DNA from: Octopus vulgaris | Taxonomy: Eukaryota | Direction: 5' to 3' | Assembly: GCA_951406725.2 (NCBI GenBank) | Contig: OX597821.1 | Location: 41,974,001 to 42,038,000, forward strand | Length of the DNA stretch: 64,000 nt | Shown here: positions 53,830 through 64,000 of the stretch, one piece after another | Numbering within the stretch: position 1 is the stretch's first letter | How the letters are laid out: the number at the start of each line of letters is the position of its first letter | Translations under genes and position numbers: made by a program | The notes under the pieces: model-generated | What the model saw: only the letters and a program-made list of their open reading frames with translations | Databases searched by the model: none | What the model was told of the DNA's origin: nothing

Positions 53830-54365
53830 TAGAGATTGCACATCCGATTTGGACCACCAAGAGCTACAGATAAGTTCTGGTTTTTATGGGTCTTAAAATG
53901 TCTTTTGAGGCCTCCGTTAGATTTGCAGACCTTCTGGCACACACTGAATTCAAATGTGTGCACAGACATATAGGTAGAATAGTTGGTGGAGGTTCGTTTT
54001 CCATAGGTTCGCAAATGAGATTTGAGCCCAGCAAAAGACAGGCATGGTCTGTCACAAACACTGTGCACACAAAAAGGTCATTGTGATTCACCTTCTCGGT
54101 CGTAACATTCTTCCTTAGATCTCTTTTGAGTCTTACATGCGTTATCCTGGCTTCTTCAAATGCTTTCACTCCACTCCACATTTTGGTCGCCATCAATCTC
54201 AATCCGAAGCAAGGGTTTCTGTCTCCTCTGAGTAGTCCTTCTGCCGTCCTGAAAACTTTTTTTTGTAGGTTTACGCCGATAGCGTTTCCTCTCTGCAAGC
54301 TCACTATAAAACAGCTATTTCGGTATGCGTTCATCGCAATTCGAATATGGCCACACCATCTCATT
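53830..54365 (-). pseudogene. RTE-clade LINE ORF C-terminus with two C2H2 zinc fingers
   Basis: MRWCGHI..ERIPKQLFYSEL..GKR; CDRPCLSFAGLKSHLRT; CQKVCKSNGGLKRHFKTH; frameshifted. Confidence 0.8.
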
Positions 54366-54397
<32 letters not shown>

Positions 54398-55288
54398 TGT
54401 ATGTATGTATGTATGTATGTATGTATGTATGTATGTATGTATGTATGTATGCATGTATGTGTGTGTCTGTCTGTATGTATGTATCTATGCATATATGCAT
54501 GTATGTATGTATGTATGTATGTATGTATGTATGTATGTATGTATGTATGTATGTATGTATGTATGTATGCATGTATGTGTGTGTGTATGTATGTATGTAT
54601 GTATGTATGTATGTATGCATGTATGTGTGTGTCTGTCTATATGTATGTATGCGTGTGTCTGTATGTATGTGTCTGTATGTATGTATGTATGTATGTATGC
54701 ATGTATGCATGTATGTATGTATGTATGTATGTATGTATGTGTGTGTGTATGTGTGTGTGTGTGTGTATGTATGCATGTATGTATGTATGTGTGTGTGTAT
54801 GTGTGTGTGTGTGACTTGAGAGACAATACGATGGTGTTATGTATGTTAACACAATTACTTGATCTATTAGAAATAGCAGTCAAATCTTCTTCAGCTCACG
54901 CTAATAGTGTCACACAAAATAACATATTGGACACCGTGATCCATACAAACTACATGTGAAAAAAAAAGACGAGATGGTCACGGTTGATGAACTTTTGGTC
55001 AAAAATCTCAGTCAGAATTGACCTGGAGTAAAACACAAACACCCCACCAATACCAGAGATTAGGTACAATTTACTACAAGAAGCGGGAGCACTATAATGG
55101 ACAAAGATTTCTTACAGGCACAGCTGTGTGGTAAGAAGCTTGCTTCCCAACCACATGGTTCTGGGTTCGGTCCCACTTCGTGGTCCCTTGGGCTAGCGTC
55201 TTCTACTATACCCTCGGGATGAGTAAAGCATTAAGAATGGATTTGGCAGATGGACACTGAAAGAAGACCTTGTATGTATAAATGTGTG

Positions 55289-55320
<32 letters not shown>

Positions 55321-55325
55321 CGTGG

Positions 55326-55394
<69 letters not shown>

Positions 55395-55430
55395 GGTGAG
55401 TGTGTGTGTGTATGTGTGAGTGTGTGTGTG

Positions 55431-55507
<77 letters not shown>

Positions 55508-58500
55508 GATAAAATAGGTGTGCTGTTTTGAGTTCAAGTTTGTCTGAAGAGGAGGATACCTTTACGGCGTTGACCCTCAGACCAGCGTCATCATTCGTTT
55601 TGCCATTGAATTCGATCCTTGGTCCTCTATATATATCCACCTTGTCAGATGGTTTATTCGTTGTTAAACTTATCATATACAAATATTCACCACCAAATGA
55701 ATAATTCCACAACGACAGCAGTGATTTTTTCATCTTAACTTAATTAAATAAATGAATGAAATAAAAACGAGATTAGCAAAAAGTATTCCTGTTTGCACTG
55801 AAAGGAAGCTGGAGAAAATGGTAGATCTGCTAAGCAAAGGCTTATCGACAGAGTGCAGGCTTGTTAAAACATTGTGAAATATTTCCAAGGCAATTGAAGC
55901 ATGGTTTTAATTAGTCAGAAGTAATTAATTCGTATTTCTTCATTAATTTGAGGAAGGAAGAGAAATAACATGGAATAAGGTAAACACCGATAAGTCTCTA
56001 TTTCCTGTTCAAGACATTCTATTTCCCTGGTGCCTGGTGCCTGGTCCCTTTTGCCGGCGAAAGGAATGGCAAAAGGAGATGCTCGATTCATACAAGTTAA
56101 TCCATGACCAGTTTGGAGCATTTCATAAGCAAACTGTAACGTTTTTGTCCAGTTTGACACAAAACTTTATTGCGAGCTTCTAAATTGTCTTCCCGTCCCG
56201 ACTGCGCCCTGGAAAATGGTCAGCTGTGACAAACGGTGTTCAGTTGGGTGTGTTGAAGACAACGGTGGTCAAGCGGTCGGGGGTGGGGGTGGATACACAG
56301 CCACAAAGACACACACATACACATATATATACGACAGGCTTCTTCCAATTTCTGTCTACCAAATCCACTCACAAGGTTTTGGTCGGCCCGAAGCTTATAG
56401 TAAAAGACACTTACCACGCGGTGGGACTGAACCTGGAAACATGTGGTTGGGAAGCAAGCCTCTTCCCACGCCTGCCTCTATGAACCAGTCTTCCTTCTTT
56501 TTTTTTTCTTTCTTTTTGTAACCTTCCATTATTGCATCGGCTCAACTCCACACACAATAATTTTGGTCTCGCATGGAAAATATCCGAAAATCTAACAACC
56601 GATTGTCATCTAAACACAGACTCTCGGCCATTTATTCTCTCAATGATAATCTTAAACAAGATAACATCGCGACAACAATGGGAAGTTTTGCGAACAACAG
56701 TCGGCATATGATAATGAAATGTTCCGTGACATTCTGAACATTGATAATAGTTTTCTAACGGAATATTATCTTATTTTATCGACGTAAAGCGATTACTTTC
56801 ATACGAAAATTAAAAATAACTGGAAAAACAAAACAAGTAAAAAGTTGATATTCTCTTGTATATGTTTACGTCAAAAGAATGCGAAAAGAAAACCAAAAAA
56901 AAACAAGAATAATTAATGAAGAATTAATGGAAATAAATCGCAGACAACGAAAAACTTTGGGATTTTTTTCTTTAAATATTTCATATCCCACATCGGTTGT
57001 GGCAGTTAATTGACGAAATGGAAATATTTTAAAGCTTAGGCATGACTGTATGGTAAAATGTCTGCTTTCCAACCACAACGTTTTGGGTTCAGTCCCACAG
57101 CGGGGCACCTTGGGCAAGCGTCTTCTGTCATAGTCCCAGGCCAACAAAAGACTTGTGAGTAGGTTTGGTAGACGGAAATTGAAAGAAGCCTATCATATAT
57201 GTGTGTGCGTGGGGGGGGGGGGTATTTGCCTCTGTGTTCCCCCCCCCCACTGCTTAACAACCGATGTTGGTGTGTTTGTATCCTCGTAACATAGAAGTTG
57301 GACAAAAGAGACCGATAGAATAAATACCAGGTTTAAAAAAAAGAAATACTGAGATCGATTCCTTCGACTAAAACTTCTTGAAAGCAGTGCCCCAGCATGA
57401 CCGCAGCCTAATGGACTGAAACAAGTAAAAGATAGAAGTTATTTTTTCTTTCTTTTATGATAAAAAAGTTGAAGAAATTCTGAATTGGATGCTGTCGAAC
57501 AAGTTGCCTGTTCAGGGTAAACTTGGGCGAAATTGCAATGCTAAACCTCGCCAGAAGTTATTTTGCCGGACTTTATGTACATCCACAATCTCTGTAAAAT
57601 AATAACTGACAGAAATGTTGGTTGGTTGGCTGGACGCTTTATATCGTGTATATATATATATATACATACATACATACATACATACATAAAAAGAGGGGAA
57701 GAGAGAGAGAGTAGAAGAGAGATACAGAGAGCGAGTCAACATAAGAGGTGCAGGGAGAGAGCAACATAAGTGCTTCAGGGTGGGTGCAGATACTAGGCTT
57801 GGAGGCAGGCAATGAGTAAATGAATGCTACACATCCACACAAACAATCAAGGAGGTAAAAAGTTAGAGAGCCAGAGGTGTGGGACGAAAGGGAGTAAATA
57901 ACAGAGTGGTTAGGAGGAGTTCAAATTAGGTTTTCGGTGGATTAAATTGCAATTATGCTGAAGAAATTTAGAAAAATAACAACATATTTATTATGAATAT
58001 ACAATGGAGAAACTTATTTTATTTTATTTTATTCTAAAGTAATAAATATTCTTCTCTTTTGAAAAATTAGTATTTATTTCATCATTTTGTATAAGCACCC
58101 TACAAAATTTGATAATAATTAAATTAAAATTATTGCGTGTATGTCATATTGCTTGATATTACCCAGGGTGGCAAAAGTATATTTCTAGATACCCGTAATT
58201 TGGGGAGTAACATTTTTTTTATCAACAATGTTTCGTTTGTTTTCTTCTTAGGCGTGGCTGTGTGATAAGAAGTTGCTTCCCAACCACATGGTTCCGGGTT
58301 CAGTTCCCTCTGCGTGGCACCTTAGGCAAGTGTCTCCCACTACAACCTCGAGCCGACCAAGGCCTTGTGAACGGATTTGATAGACGGAAACTGAAAGAAG
58401 CCCGTTGTATGTGCGTGTGTGTGTGTGTTTGTGTTTGTAACCCATCACTGCTTTACAACTGCTGCTGCTGTGTTTACGTCCTCGTAACTTAGCGGTTCGA

Positions 58501-60048
58501 CAAAAGACACCGATAGAATAAGAACTGAACTTCAAAAAATAAGTCCTGGGGGCCGATTCGTTGGACTAAGACTGAAACAAGTAAATGACAAAAGATAAAA
58601 AATCTCTTTCAAAAACATTTCTCTTCCTTCATCTCCCAAAAAGTATATACTTAAAAAACTATTTTGAGCTCTTCATATTTAAATTCCTCACCTTGGTTGG
58701 CATTGGGGCAGTATTTTCCATCCAACTGATAGCAATGTGTTCTTTGCTGGATGGTGTCATTTCTGAATGTAAAGTTTGGTGGCGGCGAGCGACCTTCACG
58801 AGTGTTGTTGGAAGAAGTTTCGAGAACTGAAAGCATAGAACATTGAATGGCTCTGACTATTTGAGGTTTTGTTATAAACAATTCCTAAAGTAATAATGGT
58901 CTCAAATTTTGGCGGAAGGCTAGCGATTCCAGAGAAAGAGCTAAGTCGATTACATTGACGCCAGTGATCAACTGGTATTTATTTATAAGGCGGAGAGCTG
59001 GTAGAAACGTTAGCACGTCGGGCGAAATGCTTAGCGGTATTTCGCCTGCCGTTACGTTGTGAGTTCGAATTCCGCTGAGGTCGACTTTACCTTTCATCCT
59101 TTCGGGGTCGAAATATTAAGTACCAGTTTACGTACTGGGGTCGATGTAATCGACTTAATACCTATGTCTGTCCTTGTTTGTCCCTTCTGTGTTTGGCCCC
59201 TTGTGGGTAATAAAAAAATAGGTATTTATTTTATCGACCCCGAAAAATTGAAAGGCAAAGTCGGCCGAGGGGGAATTTTAACCAGAATATCAAGAACTAC
59301 TAGAAATACTAGTAAGAATTTTGTCCAACTCACGATTCCGGCAGCTCGCCGCCTTCGTGCAGACGATTAAACTGATATCGCTACATTAAATTTCATCGAT
59401 CCACGAAATTGAAAGTCTAAGTCGATTCTAGTAGGATTTGAACATGAATTCCTGTACATAGCAATTATCAGGCATTTACAATAAAATAGAGACGGACGAA
59501 ATACCGCTGAGCCGGCGTGCTAACGGTTCTACCTATTTCTTTACTACCCACAAGGGGCTAAACACAGCAAGGACAAACAAGGACAGACAAACGGATTAAG
59601 TCGATTATATAGACCCTAGTGCGTAACTGGTACTTATTTAATCGACCCCGAAAGGATGAAAGGCAAAGTCGACCTCAGCGGAATTTGAACTCAGAATGTA
59701 GCGGCAGACGAAATACTGCTAAGCATTTCGCCCGGCGTGCTAACGGTTCTACCAGCTCGCCACATTACTAATTCTTTCTATTGGAAGCACAAGGCCTCAG
59801 ATTTGGGAAATGGATTAAGTCGATTACATCGAGACCAGTGCACAACTGGTACTTATTTAATCGACCCCGAATGGATGAAAGGCAAAGTCGACTGTTTCGA
59901 TATTTAAAGTAAAGTTTGAAACAAACAACAGAAAGTCGTATGATGCTAGGAGGGAAAACGTGGAGGGCTGCGATGGCTACAAAGACAAGTGGTTTGCACT
60001 TAAGTATAGAAACCCTGTCACAGTTAGTGCTTTACTGAAAATTTAAAT

Positions 60049-60156
60049 CAGGCATGAGCAACTATTTTCAAGAAACGGGCCGCATGAGAACGGCTCATCA
60101 CCGGGCCTTGAGGTCATATTCAGAAAGTTATGTGGACCGCAGTTTGCTCATGACCG
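60049..60156. mobile_element. Short hAT-type MITE
   Basis: TIRs CAGGCATGAGCAA / TTGCTCATGACCG; TSD degenerate. Confidence 0.55.
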
Positions 60157-60510
60157 GTTTACAGCTTTGTGAATGGCATTTATCATACTTTTCCTGCGCC
60201 ATATTGAAATGCAATCTCTATAAAACACTCTAGTAAGTCACATCTTATGTTCAAGGCAAGTTATTGTAGTGTAACAATGAAGTTGTATAGTGTGGTATAG
60301 ACGTCAGCTGTAGTACATGTTGTAGTATGTACTGTAGCAAATTTTCGTGATGTGAAGCGTAGTGTGGTATAGAGTGTAGAAGTATTCTGCAATACATGTG
60401 GTGGTGTTTAGCACATATATATACTTGAAGAGTCTCTCATGTGAAAACCGCTTGAAAAGTTGTCTTCTTAAACTTAAACTTAAAGAAGAAACTTTTAACA
60501 GAAATACGCA

Positions 60511-60575
<65 letters not shown>

Positions 60576-60736
60576 ACTCACAATATATATTTATATATTG
60601 CAGAAGCGAAATGATATCATATTATTAAAAGTAAATCATTAAAACAGTGTCTTAATCTTATTTGAAATAAAAAAAAATATGTGAAAGCTGAATATAAGAT
60701 ATCAAATATGTGTGTGTGTGTGTTTTTTTTTTTTTT

Positions 60737-60814
<78 letters not shown>

Positions 60815-60849
60815 CATATGTAATATAAAATATTGTAATATAATTATAG

Positions 60850-60911
<62 letters not shown>

Positions 60912-60995
60912 CATCATTGTAATATAAAATAATTGTAATTTTCATCTTAATTCATAAATAAAATGCACGAAAACGGAAATATATTAAAGAATATT

Positions 60996-61046
<51 letters not shown>

Positions 61047-61316
61047 ACTATTATAATACAATAATTATAATATTGGTGTTGCATTATATAAAAAGTATGA
61101 AAACCTAATACGCGTGTGTATGTGTGTGATATAAATATATATATGTATATATATATACACATATACATATATATGCATATATATATACATATATATATAT
61201 ACATATATACAGATATAGATATATAATATACATATGCATATATACATATATATGTATATATATACATATATTCATATATATGTATATGATATATACATAT
61301 AGATATTTATGTATAG

Positions 61317-61410
<94 letters not shown>

Positions 61411-62044
61411 CATACATATATATATATACATATATACATATTATTTATTTTGGCACATATATATATGCATGCACACAAACACACAAAAAAAAAACAGGAT
61501 TATTGTAATCTAATAGAAAACATGAATTAGTTTCACTGCGTAATTTAGATGACATCGTGTTTCAACTCAGAACGTTTTCAACTGTAAAAACCTTTCAAGT
61601 CCAGTAACTTAAACAGACATATGTTTATTTTTGAATTATTTAAAGATTAAGAAAGCAAAGAAAAAAAGGAAATAAAAAAAATAATAATATATAAATAAAG
61701 TAACAAAATATACTTGGATATTTTATAATGCCCAGAATCAAGTCACCGTAGGAGAACATAGTTTTACTTCTGAGAATTACAAACATTGACCTATGAAAAG
61801 AAGACGTGCGCACACACACACACACACACACGTGAACACACACAGACGAAAGAAGTGAGAGAGAAAGTGGGAGTGAGAGAATATATTTTGCATAATGTGT
61901 AAGATTGCTTAATTGAGTAGATCAAAATTTTCTCGCCATATTCTCTTATAGTCCACGCAGCCACCTCTTACCGCATCTATCCAGTTTGCGGACAGTCTGT
62001 TCTAATGATGATGCAATAAGCTCAGGTGCCAAAAGAAGCGTAGG

Positions 62045-62079
62045 ACTTGACGTTTCGGCTTTGTACCTTCATCAGGGAT
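62045..62079 (-). ncRNA. Minimal hammerhead core with poor helix I
   Basis: CUGAUGA-A-GG-UACAAAG-CC-GAAA-CG-UC; flanks barely pair. Confidence 0.4.
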
Positions 62080-62087
62080 CTCATTTA

Positions 62088-62254
62088 TAGGGTGGGCCAG
62101 AATTCATGACGCTCTTATTAGTTATATTTTTATATGCTTATCTTATTGTTATTATATTGTTTAAATTTATCATTTTATTTTTTAATATGTGCATTAATAA
62201 ATATTAATATATTAATATATAAAACTAACAAGTGAGTCATGAATTCCGGCCCTA
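62088..62254. mobile_element. Tc1/mariner-type MITE
   Basis: GGCCAGAATTCATGACGCTCTTATTAGT / ACTAACAAGTGAGTCATGAATTCCGGCC with an AT-rich interior. Confidence 0.65.
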
Positions 62255-62642
62255 GATTAATTGTTTGAATTCTGGATTCCATTCAGTTTGTTCTAATTGC
62301 TATTTAGTATACATCCATGCATACACACACTTACACACACACACATAAATGTATTAGTATATATACTAATATATATGCATATGTATATGTAAATTTATAT
62401 GTGTGTGTATGCATGTACATATATGTATATGCATGTGTACATATGTTTATATGTATATGTGTGTAAATGTTTATATATATATATATATATATATAATAGT
62501 GTGCGTGTGCGCATAGACACATATATACATATATAATGTATATATGTATGTGTGTGTATACTTATGCTTCAAATGTTATGCAAGTGTGTGTGTGTATGTG
62601 CATATGTGTTTGTTTGCGCACGCATGCATGTGTGTGTGCGTG

Positions 62643-62686
<44 letters not shown>

Positions 62687-62829
62687 CGCGTGTGTGTGCC
62701 TGATTAAATACCCTACTACACAAAAGCTGAAGTGTCTGAACTGCCTGGAAGGCATGTCTCTATAATGTGCTGTAAATAACAAGCCACATACGACTGCACT
62801 GGTTGCAGTTATTCAATAGGGGTTTATGG

Positions 62830-63907
62830 GTCAAGGTTGTGTAATAACGACAATTCACAAACACTCTTTTGAAGTTACCCCCCCCCTCTATCTCATACAC
62901 ACACAACTCCCAGCCAATCACCCTTCAGAGCATTCCAAATCTATAACCAGTTCGCAGTATATTCCAAAAAATTTCAAATATTTTTCCCTTTTCCAATTGT
63001 TTATACAAAATATCCTCTCGTTGTTTGCAGTCAGGTGTCTCTCTGCTAAACAATGGATTCTATTGCGTAGATTTCAAGCTCATGAGTATATGATTTAAAC
63101 TTTAAATATAAATAAGCGTTTAAAAGTTAGAACCAACCAATTGCTTAAATACAGAAATAACACCATTGTTAACCTTTCAGGAGCTGAAACATTTTATTAT
63201 TTAGCAACTCACGGGCATCGGTGATATTAAGCAGATAAGAGATAAATCACTCTTTGGATTGAACGATGAGATATTGAAGAAATCCTTCAGACCCTACAAA
63301 AAATATGTAAAAGTCTAGTGCTCAGTGCATAGATTAATTGGATTCTAGCCTGGTTAGCTTTCGTATAAATGAACAAATGTTTCGTTAATTGATTTCTGTA
63401 TAACAATAAGCATTTTTAGGCTTAGCTCACAATGTTCCGGATATTCGCCACTGAAGTGACCAAACCAGGTTGAAACACCGTGTCTAGTGATCCACCGGCA
63501 CTCTGAGTAAAACCCTACTTTTTTATCACAATATATTATGGCGAGTGCTGTTTCACGTTTCAATACATATAGTAAACGTGTATACAAACTAGTATATTAT
63601 AAGTCTTGTTGTTGAGATAGGCTCTCTTTCTTTCCTGATGAGAAGATTGCATTTTACACCGTTTATTCCTTTGGAATAATACCATGTTGTCTTCGAAACA
63701 TATGTTGAAAGTAAAACAATTTAATAACATCTTCGTTCAGCTCCATTTATTTACTTATAATACACAAATTACTGCACATTAACCCGGAGTTTCTACCATT
63801 GAATAGGTCGCTTCATCCGTGTTACTTGCGTGAATTTTGCTACCCTGGTAACTGTTTATTGAATTTTCCATGTTAGCGGTAAACAAAGGATAATTTATTC
63901 ATCCATT

Positions 63908-63910
<3 letters not shown>
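62830..63910 (+). mobile_element. Probable decayed Penelope-like element 3' part ending at (TA)n
   Basis: Weak NHP..LQSIP motif reminiscent of the PLE RT thumb; intact HHR at 63630; ends in (TA)n. Confidence 0.4.
63630..63711 (+). ncRNA. Type I hammerhead ribozyme, intact core
   Basis: CUUUC-CUGAUGA-GAAGA...UCUUC-GAAA-CAUAUG-UU-GAAAG; perfect helices I and II, palindromic helix III. Confidence 0.85.
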
Positions 63911-63978
<68 letters not shown>

Positions 63979-64000
63979 CGGCGTACGTACACTTTGGTCT

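Noticed and set aside
53870-54070. Host C2H2 zinc-finger gene
   Set aside because: The fingers follow RTE C-terminal motifs directly and the region is frameshifted
55510-56170. Coding-looking unique sequence on the minus strand
   Set aside because: No recognisable motif or clear splice boundaries; could be a decayed transposase, but I cannot support a call
61545-61590. Minus-strand UUGAAAA...GAAAC...GUC motif
   Set aside because: Helices I and II do not pair

Overview
Eukaryotic, AT-rich, repeat-dominated DNA. The SINE families and very dense microsatellites suggest a coleoid cephalopod, probably Octopus (inference). I found no intact host protein-coding gene, and almost all of the supplied ORFs are translations of microsatellites or SINEs. 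The window holds several tRNA-derived SINE families, decayed RTE and CR1-group LINE fragments, a decayed hAT transposase, hAT and Tc1/mariner MITEs (two with exact 8-bp TSDs) and a Helitron-like element. The main signal is a set of Penelope-like element (PLE) remnants next to microsatellites, several of them long asymmetric fold-backs, carrying about nine hammerhead-ribozyme (HHR) motifs. Two sequence-divergent loci (25983-26100 + and 40787-40909 -) share an identical, fully covarying, multi-pseudoknotted, non-circularly permuted hammerhead: the order is cleavage site, GAAA, CUGANGA, with helix II detached from the CUGANGA strand. One of them lies just downstream of a PLE GIY-YIG endonuclease remnant. 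All RNA structures were derived by eye and none has been tested for activity.
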